Source: an uncultured Candidatus Actinomarinales bacterium
GTDB lineage: Bacteria; Actinomycetota; Acidimicrobiia; Actinomarinales; Actinomarinaceae
Reading direction: 5' to 3'
DNA length: 64,000 nucleotides
Assembly: GCA_943789065.1 (NCBI GenBank)
Contig: CALSSQ010000001.1
Location: 32,650 to 96,649 of the forward strand
Below, piece by piece: positions 10,208 through 19,965 of this stretch. The position numbers and the translations under genes are program-made. Within the stretch, counting starts at the first letter, position 1. Every line of letters begins with the position of its first letter. A model generated the notes under the pieces. It saw only the letters and a list, made by a program, of their open reading frames with translations. It ran no database searches and was not told the DNA's origin.

Positions 10208-12652
10208 GTGAAAAAATTGATCTTCTTAGTTTTTATACTTTTATTAAGTTTTTGTTCCTCTGATTCAGGAGAAACTACAAATGAAAATATTGAGTCACAA
10301 CTTTTAGAAAAAATACCATCTCCAGAATCAGAAATTATTTCATCAGAAACACAAAAGGATGAAAATTCAGCACCAGAAGCTGAAGAAATAGAAGAGGAAA
10401 CTTCAGAGGTTGAGGAATCAGAAATTATTTCATCAGAAACACAAAAGGATGAAAATCCAGGACCAGAAGCTGAAGAAATAGAAGAGGAAACTACAGAGGA
10501 TGAGGAATCAGAAGAATATTATGAGATAATAGATGAGGAAAATTTACCTAATGATTTGGAGTACATTCCAGGAACCTTTTTAGCAGAGCACTGTTTTTTT
10601 GAAGGTTCTATTGAAGGTGTATATTATGAAAAAGAATCTCTTTCTGATTTAGGTATAGATGAAGAACTGAATCAACAATATTTTACTAAACATCAACAAT
10701 ACCAAGATGGAAACATTCAGTGCTCACCAAATGGGCACGTATATTTTTCTATAGGTGGGGACCTTCTTCAGACATCAGACATATTTAAACCTGAATCTCA
10801 GAGAAGAGATCTTTATGGACTGTCGTTTTATGATCGAATATTTTCATTTTACGATGTAGCACCAGATGCACAAAATGGCCTGTGGGGACAATGGATTCAA
10901 GCTCCTGATTCTCACCCATTTGGCCCAGGTGGCGGTTCTATTGAAGGTGGTTTATACGTTAATCATAAAGTAGGGCGCACAAAGTTTCCTAAGTATATGG
11001 CTAGTGGAGCTACACAGTTCTATTCACCGGATAGTTCATACTATGGTTGGGGATTTTTTGAAAGAAGAACTGATTGCGAGTGCTACGGTGGAATACAGAT
11101 AACAAATAGGGTTCTTAATACACCAAATCTTATATCTTTTGATGAACAGCAAAATACGTTTGATGATGATGGTGGAATTTATTTCGGGCATGGTTGGTTT
11201 GCCCTACCTCTTATTGGTGGAGATTATAGAGAGCTTGTAGAAGAGCCTTCCGAAGATATTGGAAAATTGACATGGACATTTTTTATGAATTCAGCACAAT
11301 TTAGTGGACCTACATGGGCATATGTCCCAGAATTTTGGTATAGAAGAATGGATACGTGGAATATATATGAGTACTATGCAGCATACTCAGACCAGACAAA
11401 AGAAATTGCTAAAAAATATTTACAAGGTAAGACTTCTCAAGAAGAACTTGATGAATATATAACCAACCTTGATTGGTATAGAGATTCTGCAGATAATTAT
11501 GATTATGAAAATGGAGATCCATTTTGGGTAGAAGAGAAGAACACACTAGCTTATAAGACCCAAAGTTATGCAGCTATGGGTTCAGAAATGGAACCTGTTC
11601 CTGCATTTTCCTATAGGGATAATGATGGAGATCTTTTTGTAAAGGTATTTCCACCAAATGTTCCAAATGAAAAAGATAAAGAGTTCTTTACCCTTGATGG
11701 AAGATTTTATGATGTCCGTCTTTACAATCATTTTCAAGATTTGCTATCTGGAAAAAAAGATTTTTCGCAGACAAGTATTGACGATTACTCTGATCAATTA
11801 ATTATAGAAGAGGGGCAAAAAGCCAACCCCAACCTCTCTCCAACAGCACTTAGTCTTGAGGATGTTGAAGATTTATCTGAATTTTCATCTTTTACTATGG
11901 AGTGGAATCTAAGGCTTAAAGCAGAACAAAACGAATATGGAGAAACAAATACCTATTGGGATTGGAGCGGAGTTAATGAAAACCAAAGAGATGTAAGCAC
12001 TTACTATAAGGTAACAGAGGGAGACAACATCGAGGCTTATCGGTTTATTCCTGTAAGCAGAGATCAAGTTCCTGAAGAGTTGATTGATTTGCAGTACAGT
12101 AATCTCGAAAATGTTGTTAACTTTACACCACACATAGAGAGTGAATCAGACCTAGAACTTGAACAAACTGTTACGGGAAATGATTTAGAGAATTTTGGTA
12201 TCAATACAGATCCAATTAATTACACCTGTTGGTTGTGTGATAGTGATGGATGTGATGAAACTATTTATGAAACTTTTCTCGACGATGGGAGTACAGTTCG
12301 CTATAGATGGTACAGGTTTAAAGACCAGCCAACCTTTCAAGAACTTAAAATTGATTATCCAGATGTATACACAACTGATTATCTAGATGAATTACAAAAG
12401 CAAATAGAAAACATACAATCTAACTGGGATAGTAATCAAGAGTTTATACCTACACCAAAAAGCTTAAGCAAGGTACGGCTTGCAGAGTTAGACCATGGCT
12501 TAATAGTTGAACCACCGGAAGGACTTGAAGTTGGTTGGGTACCTATTGTAATTGAGGTGTTTCACCCAAATGGTGAAGCTCAAAATGATATTGCATTTTT
12601 AGAGATAGAGCTTGATGAAGATGTATATGGTGGGTATATTTCTGGAAGATAG
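10208..12652 (+). CDS. Large acidic lipoprotein of unknown function
   Basis: 814 aa, GTG start, signal peptide ending LSFCSS, duplicated acidic stalk, Trp/Tyr/Gly-rich body with Cys pairs. Confidence 0.75.
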   Translation: MKKLIFLVFILLLSFCSSDSGETTNENIESQLLEKIPSPESEIISSETQKDENSAPEAEEIEEETSEVEESEIISSETQKDENPGPEAEEIEEETTEDEESEEYYEIIDEENLPNDLEYIPGTFLAEHCFFEGSIEGVYYEKESLSDLGIDEELNQQYFTKHQQYQDGNIQCSPNGHVYFSIGGDLLQTSDIFKPESQRRDLYGLSFYDRIFSFYDVAPDAQNGLWGQWIQAPDSHPFGPGGGSIEGGLYVNHKVGRTKFPKYMASGATQFYSPDSSYYGWGFFERRTDCECYGGIQITNRVLNTPNLISFDEQQNTFDDDGGIYFGHGWFALPLIGGDYRELVEEPSEDIGKLTWTFFMNSAQFSGPTWAYVPEFWYRRMDTWNIYEYYAAYSDQTKEIAKKYLQGKTSQEELDEYITNLDWYRDSADNYDYENGDPFWVEEKNTLAYKTQSYAAMGSEMEPVPAFSYRDNDGDLFVKVFPPNVPNEKDKEFFTLDGRFYDVRLYNHFQDLLSGKKDFSQTSIDDYSDQLIIEEGQKANPNLSPTALSLEDVEDLSEFSSFTMEWNLRLKAEQNEYGETNTYWDWSGVNENQRDVSTYYKVTEGDNIEAYRFIPVSRDQVPEELIDLQYSNLENVVNFTPHIESESDLELEQTVTGNDLENFGINTDPINYTCWLCDSDGCDETIYETFLDDGSTVRYRWYRFKDQPTFQELKIDYPDVYTTDYLDELQKQIENIQSNWDSNQEFIPTPKSLSKVRLAELDHGLIVEPPEGLEVGWVPIVIEVFHPNGEAQNDIAFLEIELDEDVYGGYISGR
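10325..10513. repeat. 90-bp tandem duplication coding the acidic stalk (ESEIISSETQKDEN...)
   Basis: gaatcagaa recurs at 10325, 10415 and 10505, with near-identical 90-nt units. Confidence 0.9.
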
Positions 12653-12723
12653 TATTAAGGAACTATATTGAACAGTAAAAAAATTTTAAAGATAAATTTC
12701 ATAATTTTGTTTAAAATTACCTT

Positions 12724-13083
12724 ATGAGAAAAATTTCTTTACTTGTCTTCATTTTACTTTTTACTTTTTGTACTTCGGATGAAGCAAATACTATTAATGA
12801 AGATGGCATGATGACCTGTGATGAAGATCAGAAAGATTCTGAGGGAAGATGTTATGAACCAGATGATCCATTAAGTGGGCCAGGTAATGATAGTTTTATA
12901 ATTTTTCCCGGTACAGAGGATGAAGCAAACAAAATTATTGAATGTGTAAGAAAGTATGATGCTAGCTTACAAGATTTTCCAGATGCTGTGGTAAATAGTT
13001 CGGAAGTTGCTTTTAAAGTTACAAATTATATAGACGGAACTTATGGATTAATTGATGAAGCTTTTGCCAATTGTGGTTTTTAA
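12724..13083 (+). CDS. Small lipoprotein, four additional Cys
   Basis: Signal peptide ending FTFCTS; TAAAAT -10 box 6 nt upstream of the ATG. Confidence 0.7.
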   Translation: MRKISLLVFILLFTFCTSDEANTINEDGMMTCDEDQKDSEGRCYEPDDPLSGPGNDSFIIFPGTEDEANKIIECVRKYDASLQDFPDAVVNSSEVAFKVTNYIDGTYGLIDEAFANCGF

Positions 13084-13112
13084 CAACTAGAAATTTTAAA
13101 AAAATTAATAAG

Positions 13113-14351
13113 TTAATCCTTTTTAAAGACAAGTACTCCATTGTGTCCACCAAACCCAAAAGAATTGGACATTGCTGTTGATAATTCCTTTTTTATGGCA
13201 TTATTTGGGGTGTATTTTAAATCACATTCTTCATCAGGATTATTTAAATTTATAGTAGGTGGGATAACACCATTTTTGAGGGTTAGAACTGAGACCATAG
13301 CTTCAAACGCACCTCCACCACCAAGTAGATGACCAGTCATAGACTTTGTAGATGAAATGTCTATTTCATAAGCTCGTTCTCCAAAGACAGTTTTTATTGC
13401 TGCAGTTTCATTTTTGTCATTTGCTGGTGTCGACGTTCCATGGGCATTAATGTAATCAACTTCATCTATTGTTAAACCTGCATCAGCAATTGCTTTTTGC
13501 ATAGCAACTACGGCACCTTTTCCACCTTCAGCAGGAGCAGTGATATGAAATGCATCAGTAGTTGCACCATAACCAGCAACATATCCATATATTTCAGCAC
13601 CTCTGTTATTTGCAGACTCCTCACTTTCCATTACTAAAACTGTTGATCCCTCTCCCATAACAAAACCATCTCTATCTTTATCAAAAGGCTTACAAGCTTC
13701 TGTCGGGTTTTCATTGTTAGTCGAGAGTGCTCTAATTTGAGCGAACGCCCCTATTGTCATGGCAGTAGTTCCAGATTCAGTTCCTCCAGCTATGACCATG
13801 TCCACAATTCCATTTTGTATCATATTTTTAGCCTCACCGACTGCATTTGCAGAAGCTGCACAAGCAGTTGTAATTGTTAGAGAGGGTCCCTCTATACCAT
13901 ACTTAATAGCAACCTGACCAGTACTTGAATTAGGCATCAACTGAGTTATAGCTAGAGGATTGATTCTTGAAGCTCCTCTTTCATCAAAAGTTCTAACTGC
14001 CTGCTCTGTAGAACCAATCCCACCAATACCTGTTCCGAAAACAATCCCTACATTGGGACCTAAACGTTCTTCAGTATTTAAATTTGCATCTTTTAGAGCT
14101 TCCTCAGTTGCAAATATTGAGAGCTGTGATGATTTATCTAATTTACGTGCTTGTTGTTTGCCCATGTATTCATTAGCATCAAAATTTTTTACTTCACCAG
14201 CGAAGGATACTGGAAGGTCGCTTGTGTCAAAAGATGTTATTGAACCAATACCGGACTGACCATTAATTAGGCCATTCCACGTATCGGAAACGTTATTTGC
14301 TATAGGGTTTATCGTTCCTAAGCCAGTTATAACAACACGTCTTTTAGACAT
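13113..14351 (-). CDS. fabF: 3-oxoacyl-ACP synthase II
   Basis: RRVVITGLG, TACAAS, NAHGTST, KSMTGHLLG, SNSFGFGGHN. Confidence 0.96.
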   Translation of the reverse strand: MSKRRVVITGLGTINPIANNVSDTWNGLINGQSGIGSITSFDTSDLPVSFAGEVKNFDANEYMGKQQARKLDKSSQLSIFATEEALKDANLNTEERLGPNVGIVFGTGIGGIGSTEQAVRTFDERGASRINPLAITQLMPNSSTGQVAIKYGIEGPSLTITTACAASANAVGEAKNMIQNGIVDMVIAGGTESGTTAMTIGAFAQIRALSTNNENPTEACKPFDKDRDGFVMGEGSTVLVMESEESANNRGAEIYGYVAGYGATTDAFHITAPAEGGKGAVVAMQKAIADAGLTIDEVDYINAHGTSTPANDKNETAAIKTVFGERAYEIDISSTKSMTGHLLGGGGAFEAMVSVLTLKNGVIPPTINLNNPDEECDLKYTPNNAIKKELSTAMSNSFGFGGHNGVLVFKKD

Positions 14352-14357
14352 GATTGT

Positions 14358-14597
14358 TTAGAGTTTAGAGTGCAGTAAGTTTACGGCCTGACCAACTGTT
14401 CCAACATCTGTGAGTTCTTCGTCATCAATTTCTATTTCAAATTCATCTTCAAATGCCATAACAACCTCAACAATACCTAAAGAGTCAATATCTAAATCTT
14501 CTTCAAGCTTTGCTTCCATAGTGACCTTTTCTGCCTCAATTCCGAGTTCATCGACGAATAGATTTTTTACTTTATCAAAAACTTCATTTACTTCCAT
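14358..14597 (-). CDS. acpP: Acyl carrier protein
   Basis: DLDIDSLGIVEVVMAFEDEF phosphopantetheine site. Confidence 0.95.
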   Translation of the reverse strand: MEVNEVFDKVKNLFVDELGIEAEKVTMEAKLEEDLDIDSLGIVEVVMAFEDEFEIEIDDEELTDVGTVGQAVNLLHSKL

Positions 14598-14613
14598 AGT
14601 TGTCCCCCTTAAC

Positions 14614-15342
14614 TTAAGTAGTTAGTCCTCCATCAACTGGAAAAACTTGTCCTGTTATATATTCTGACTCATCTGAACACAAAAAAGATACCATATTTGC
14701 AATATCTTCTGGTTTACCGACTCTCTTTATTGAAAGTTGTTCTATAATATCTTCTTTTTGTTCATCAGTTAAGAAAGAAGTCATATCCGTTTCAATATAT
14801 CCAGGAGCTATGACATTAGAGGTTATGTTTCTTGAACCAAGCTCCTTACTTATTGTCTTTGCTAGTCCTATTAAACCAGCTTTAGATGCAGCGTAATTTG
14901 ATTGTCCAGTGTTACCACTTATTCCAGCAACTGAGGAGATAAAAATTATTCTTCCCCATTTATTTTTCATCATACCTTTGATAGCTCTTTGAGAAGCACG
15001 GAAGGAACCTGTTAAATTTGTATCAATAACTGAATCCCAGTCCTCTTGTTTCAATCTTGGGAAAATATTATCTTTTGTTATACCAGCATTATTAATCAAT
15101 ATATCTACAGAAGAGTAGACATCCTCGACTGTCTCAAAACATTCATCAACTGAGTTTTGATCTGTTACATCAATACTTACAGCGATAGCATTTCCGCCAG
15201 CTGTTTTAATTTCATCAACAACTTCATCAGCTTGTTCTTTGGAATTAGAGTAACCAACTGCAACGTTGCATGTTAGTCCAAGATTTTTAGCAATAGCTTT
15301 ACCTATTCCTCTTGAACCACCTGTTACTAATACTGTTTTCAT
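14614..15342 (-). CDS. fabG: 3-oxoacyl-ACP reductase
   Basis: TGGSRGIG, NNAGITKD, YAASK; located in the fab operon. Confidence 0.93.
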   Translation of the reverse strand: MKTVLVTGGSRGIGKAIAKNLGLTCNVAVGYSNSKEQADEVVDEIKTAGGNAIAVSIDVTDQNSVDECFETVEDVYSSVDILINNAGITKDNIFPRLKQEDWDSVIDTNLTGSFRASQRAIKGMMKNKWGRIIFISSVAGISGNTGQSNYAASKAGLIGLAKTISKELGSRNITSNVIAPGYIETDMTSFLTDEQKEDIIEQLSIKRVGKPEDIANMVSFLCSDESEYITGQVFPVDGGLTT

Positions 15343-15344
15343 GT

Positions 15345-16448
15345 TTATTCAGCTTTTTTTCCATGAACAAAATAATCTATTGATTCTTTGATGGCATCAA
15401 TACCAGTACCATCAAATTCTGGTAAAGCTGCATCTGTCTCGCCTAAAGGCGTAACACGTTGACCTAATTTTATTGCAGCTGCTCCCCAAGCAAGACCTGC
15501 ACCTACTGCAGTGATAATCATGGTTTCACCACCTTTGATAGAACCATCTTCTATTCCATCAACAAAAGCTGTAGGAATTGAAGCAGCAGAAGTGTTTCCA
15601 TACTTATGTACATATTTTAAAGTCTTTGCATTTGGCAATTTTAAATTTCTTTCTAGCCCTTCAACAATTCGCAGGTTTGCTTGGTGGGGAATAAGTAAGT
15701 CAATATCTTCTTTCGTTAAACCTGAAAGTTTAATTGCCTCCTCAGTTGCATTTCCCATAGCCCGAATACCATTTTTAAATATTTCCTGTCCATCAAATGT
15801 CCAGGTAGTTTCAGCGGCAGCATAGGGTGTAAATCTATTCATTGCAGATCCAAAGTTGGGAACCTCTAATATTGCTAACTTATCAGAGCTTAGACCATTC
15901 TTAAATGAGTAAATCTCACCTTCTGATTCGTCATTACTTTGTTCGACGACCATAGCCCCCGCACCATCTCCAAAAAGTACTGCGGTATTTCTATCAGACC
16001 AATCAAGTAACCATGTAATATGTTCTGAACCAATAACTACAGCATTCTTATAAATACCACTCTCTATGAAAGCTTTTGCCTGTTGCATTGCATATAGAAA
16101 ACCAGCACAAGCAGCATTTACATCATACACAATTGCATTTACGCATCCCATTTTTTTCTGCACATGTGAAGCTGCAGATGGAACGATACTATCTGGTGTA
16201 CATGTTGCAAGAATGACTACATCTATATCTTCTGGCTGAAGACCGGCAGTTGCAATTGCTTTAAGTCCTGCAACGGTTGCCATATCAGAGTTGTTTACAT
16301 GTGAAAATCTTCGTTCTTTGATACCAGTTCTTTGTTGTATCCATTCATCTGAGGTATCGATAAATGTAGCCATATCATCATTAGTAACTACATTATCTGG
16401 GACGCACTTACCCCAACCAGTTATTGTTGATTTCAAAATTACTCCCAA
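15345..16448 (-). CDS. fabH: 3-oxoacyl-ACP synthase III
   Basis: DTSDEWIQQRTGI, AACAGF, PHQAN, GNTSAAS. Confidence 0.93.
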   Translation of the reverse strand: MGVILKSTITGWGKCVPDNVVTNDDMATFIDTSDEWIQQRTGIKERRFSHVNNSDMATVAGLKAIATAGLQPEDIDVVILATCTPDSIVPSAASHVQKKMGCVNAIVYDVNAACAGFLYAMQQAKAFIESGIYKNAVVIGSEHITWLLDWSDRNTAVLFGDGAGAMVVEQSNDESEGEIYSFKNGLSSDKLAILEVPNFGSAMNRFTPYAAAETTWTFDGQEIFKNGIRAMGNATEEAIKLSGLTKEDIDLLIPHQANLRIVEGLERNLKLPNAKTLKYVHKYGNTSAASIPTAFVDGIEDGSIKGGETMIITAVGAGLAWGAAAIKLGQRVTPLGETDAALPEFDGTGIDAIKESIDYFVHGKKAE

Positions 16449-16451
16449 CTA

Positions 16452-17357
16452 TTAAGTTATAGATTCTAGTGAATTAATTACCCTAATTTCTTTACTAGAT
16501 ATAGACTTCTTAACCATTCCAGCAGTTACATTGCCAGGACCAATATGTATCCATTCTGAAGGTTTAATTTCATCATCTATCTTAAGTATTTGGTCATAAA
16601 ATAGCACAGAGTTGTCAATTTGATCAACTAAGCGTTCTTTAAGGGTTTCTTTAGACGCTAAGTTTGCATCAACATTCATATAGACAGGTATTGAACCATC
16701 TTTTAGCGTAACCTCTTCAAACGCAGCTGCAAGTTCTGGTTTTGCAGGGGAGACAATTTTACTATGAAACGCACCAGCAACTTCAAGAGGTATAACCCTT
16801 CTTGCGCCTAGTGCTTTCGAGTTAGATTTGAGATATTCAAGGTTTTCAATGGTTGAACTAATAACTATTTGAGAAGCATCATTGTAATTGGAGATCCAGA
16901 CTTCAATATCTTGAGAATTTAAAGCTTCTATCTCTTTTAGTGTTGCCTCCAAGTCGGTAGTCAACACTGCTGCCATACCAGTATTAGAGTTTTCAACTGA
17001 TGCTTGCATCGCTTCACCTCGAACAGAGATAACTTTTAAAGCATCGGTATAATCAAAAAAACCACTTAGGGCAAGGGCAGTATACTCTCCAAGTGAATGT
17101 CCTATAAGAGCAGATGGCTTTCCATAGTTGTTAATTACTTCTAAACCGTAACAATAGGAGATTGCAAATATATATGGTTGAGCAATATTAGTCTTCTTAA
17201 TAGACTCAGCATCACCATTATTAATGATGTCTTTCAGGGACCATCCCAGTGAATCGTCGAAAATATCGATTAGGAGTTCGGGATATTTTTCAAGAAGTTC
17301 TTTCCCCATTCCTGGTTCTTGAGAGCCCTGTCCCGGAAACATTCCAACCCAACTCAT
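16452..17357 (-). CDS. fabD: Malonyl-CoA:ACP transacylase
   Basis: FPGQGSQ, GHSLGEY, AFHS. Confidence 0.93.
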   Translation of the reverse strand: MSWVGMFPGQGSQEPGMGKELLEKYPELLIDIFDDSLGWSLKDIINNGDAESIKKTNIAQPYIFAISYCYGLEVINNYGKPSALIGHSLGEYTALALSGFFDYTDALKVISVRGEAMQASVENSNTGMAAVLTTDLEATLKEIEALNSQDIEVWISNYNDASQIVISSTIENLEYLKSNSKALGARRVIPLEVAGAFHSKIVSPAKPELAAAFEEVTLKDGSIPVYMNVDANLASKETLKERLVDQIDNSVLFYDQILKIDDEIKPSEWIHIGPGNVTAGMVKKSISSKEIRVINSLESIT

Positions 17358-17734
17358 TACACCACCTCAGAGACTGCGAAAGCAATTGCCATTTCTTGCT
17401 CATGAGACAATGAGATATGTACATCTTTTATATTATTCTCTGAAGCTAGCGCAGCCGCTTTCCCATGAAGAATGACTGTTGGTTTTCCACCACCAGTGAT
17501 TTCTATTTCTTTCCAGTTCAACTGACGCCATCCTTTTCCAAGAGATTTCATAACTGCTTCTTTGCCTGCAAACCTTGCACCTAGTCTTTTCGAAGGATCA
17601 TTAAACCTATTTGCATAAAGTATCTCATTTTTTGTGAAACATCTTTTTTCAAACTTGGACTGATTTTTACTCAGTAGTTTTCTCACTCTATTCAGATTAA
17701 CTTGATCAACCCCGACGCCGTAGATACTCGTCAT
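17357..17734 (-). CDS. acpS: Holo-ACP synthase
   Basis: GVGVD, RFAGKEAVMKSLG, ISLSH. Confidence 0.93.
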   Translation of the reverse strand: MTSIYGVGVDQVNLNRVRKLLSKNQSKFEKRCFTKNEILYANRFNDPSKRLGARFAGKEAVMKSLGKGWRQLNWKEIEITGGGKPTVILHGKAAALASENNIKDVHISLSHEQEMAIAFAVSEVV

Positions 17735-19422
17735 TAGAGTTCTATTTCAACAAGGACATCACCTTTATTTACTGGCTGACCTTTTTTAATATTAAATTGT
17801 TTAATTACACCATTTATAGGTGCAGTGATGACATTCTCCATTTTCATTGCCTCTAACACAAAGAGAGAATCACCCTTTTTAACCTTTTTACCCTTTTTAG
17901 TCATTGTGTCCATAATGGTACCTTGCATGCTTGCAGTAATTATTCCTGGATTTCTAATGCTTCCAGTCAAGTCCATTCCTATTCTTTTAGGTGGTTGTGG
18001 TGCGAGAGTTGGTGAACCTGTTTCGTCGAGAGAGATATTTACTTTTCTAGGTCTATCAGTAGACACTTCCTCTTGAACTTCCTTAATTTTGAAGTTTTCT
18101 TCTAGAAACTTAACATGAACTTTACCTTCTTTAAACTCCTTAGTCTTGAGGACATCAGACAAGACCCCAATAGTTGTTGGAATTCCTCCAACAATATATT
18201 CTTCTAAGCAACGCTCTCCTTTAGATAATGCCTCTTCTCTTGAAACACCCCAAACAATTAATTTTGCAATTAAATTGTCATAAAAGTGAGATATTGCAGT
18301 TCCAGTTTTAACCCATCCATCAACACGTACACCATTTCCCATAGGTTCTCTATATTCCGTAATTGTGCCAGGAGTTGGTAAAAAGTTATTTGCTGGGTCT
18401 TCAGCATTGATTCTAAATTCGATACTGTGACCTCTTGGTTCAACTACAAAATCTTCTAATGAGTTTCCAAGAGCTATCTTTACCTGCTCTTTGACAATAT
18501 CTATTCCATAACGCATTTCAGTAACAGTGTGCTCCACTTGAAGCCTCGTATTCATTTCAAGGAAGTAAAAATTCTCATCAGAATCAGCTAAAAATTCAAC
18601 TGTTCCAGCATTTACATAGTTAGAGATATCTGCAATTCGCATTGTTGCATCTTTTAGTTTTTCTTTTCCATACTCTGAAAGCCATATTGGAGGACTCTCT
18701 TCAATAAGCTTTTGATTTCTTCTTTGCAATGAGCAATCTCGCTCTCCGAGGTATATATGGTTTCCAAATTTATCACTAAGAATCTGTGTCTCCACATGCC
18801 TTGCTGGCTTTATAAACTTTTCAACATAAACCTGGTCAGATCCAAAATAAGCTTCACTCTCTCGTTTAACAATTTCAAAGTTTTCATCTAGCTCAGCGTC
18901 ATTTTTAACAATTCTCAGTCCTTTTCCACCACCACCGTGAGCTGCTTTTAGGGCAACTGGATAACCAAATTTGTTGGCATCTTTCAATGCCTCTCTCTTT
19001 GTTCTTGATGGTTTCAGTTGACCTGGTACAGGTTGTAGTCCTGCTTTAGAAATAAGTTTTCTTGATTCAATTTTGTCACCCATAGATTTAATTGTTTCAG
19101 CATTTGGCCCTATCCAGATGATCCCTTTTTTTTCGACTGCTTTTGCAAAATCTGCGTTCTCAGCTAAAAACCCATATCCTGGGTGAACCATATCTGCATT
19201 GGTCTCATCAAGAGCCTTCATTAGATTTTTAATGTTCCTATAGCTTTCTGCAGGAAGCGATCCACCAAGATAGTATGATTCATCAGCTCTTTTTACATGC
19301 AGAGAATCAGTGTCTACATCTGAGTACACGGCAATCGTATATAAGCCCATCTCTTTTGCAGAGCGAATTATTCGAAGTGCTATTTCACCACGATTTGCAA
19401 TAAGGAGTCTTTTTTGAGTCAT
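17734..19422 (-). CDS. accC: Acyl-CoA carboxylase alpha subunit (biotin carboxylase fused to biotin carrier)
   Basis: LIANRGEIA, HPGYGFLAEN, EMNTRLQVEH, C-terminal EAMKM biotinylation site. Confidence 0.9.
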   Translation of the reverse strand: MTQKRLLIANRGEIALRIIRSAKEMGLYTIAVYSDVDTDSLHVKRADESYYLGGSLPAESYRNIKNLMKALDETNADMVHPGYGFLAENADFAKAVEKKGIIWIGPNAETIKSMGDKIESRKLISKAGLQPVPGQLKPSRTKREALKDANKFGYPVALKAAHGGGGKGLRIVKNDAELDENFEIVKRESEAYFGSDQVYVEKFIKPARHVETQILSDKFGNHIYLGERDCSLQRRNQKLIEESPPIWLSEYGKEKLKDATMRIADISNYVNAGTVEFLADSDENFYFLEMNTRLQVEHTVTEMRYGIDIVKEQVKIALGNSLEDFVVEPRGHSIEFRINAEDPANNFLPTPGTITEYREPMGNGVRVDGWVKTGTAISHFYDNLIAKLIVWGVSREEALSKGERCLEEYIVGGIPTTIGVLSDVLKTKEFKEGKVHVKFLEENFKIKEVQEEVSTDRPRKVNISLDETGSPTLAPQPPKRIGMDLTGSIRNPGIITASMQGTIMDTMTKKGKKVKKGDSLFVLEAMKMENVITAPINGVIKQFNIKKGQPVNKGDVLVEIEL

Positions 19423-19425
19423 AAG

Positions 19426-19965
19426 TTATTTAATTTTGTATGCAATTAAGACTGCGCCAAATCCTTTTATTAAATCACCAATTAGAAAGGGTGCAACACC
19501 GATAGTAAAGGCTTCGATTACTGAAATATTTAAAATAATAGTAAGCCCAAAAACCCCACATAAATAGATCATGCCGGTTCCTAAAAGTATTCCAACCAAG
19601 GGTGTGTGTGATAACCTTCCAATAATCTGAGCAGCTAGAAAGAAACCAATAATGTAACCTATCGTTGGACTTTTTAAAATTGCTAATCCTGCAACGCTAC
19701 CTGAAAAGAAAGGGAGACCTGCTAAACCTGTAAACAAGTACATCAACATACTAAGTGATCCAAAAGTACTACCTAGCAAAAGGCCAGCCAAGATAACAAC
19801 AAATGTTTGAGCTGTTATTGGCACAGGGGTTATTGGGAGTTCTATTCTAATTTGAGCACTTAGCGCTGTGACAATTGCAAAACCAAGAGAGAGAAATAAG
19901 TTTCTAGCAAGTGATCCTTTTTCTACCCAAGTAATGGCAATATTTTTAGAGGGGAATGTTTCCAT
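19426..19965 (-). CDS. bioY: Biotin transporter BioY
   Basis: PVPITAQTF, GLAGLPFFSG, PTIGYIIGF, PFLIGDLIK. Confidence 0.9.
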   Translation of the reverse strand: METFPSKNIAITWVEKGSLARNLFLSLGFAIVTALSAQIRIELPITPVPITAQTFVVILAGLLLGSTFGSLSMLMYLFTGLAGLPFFSGSVAGLAILKSPTIGYIIGFFLAAQIIGRLSHTPLVGILLGTGMIYLCGVFGLTIILNISVIEAFTIGVAPFLIGDLIKGFGAVLIAYKIK

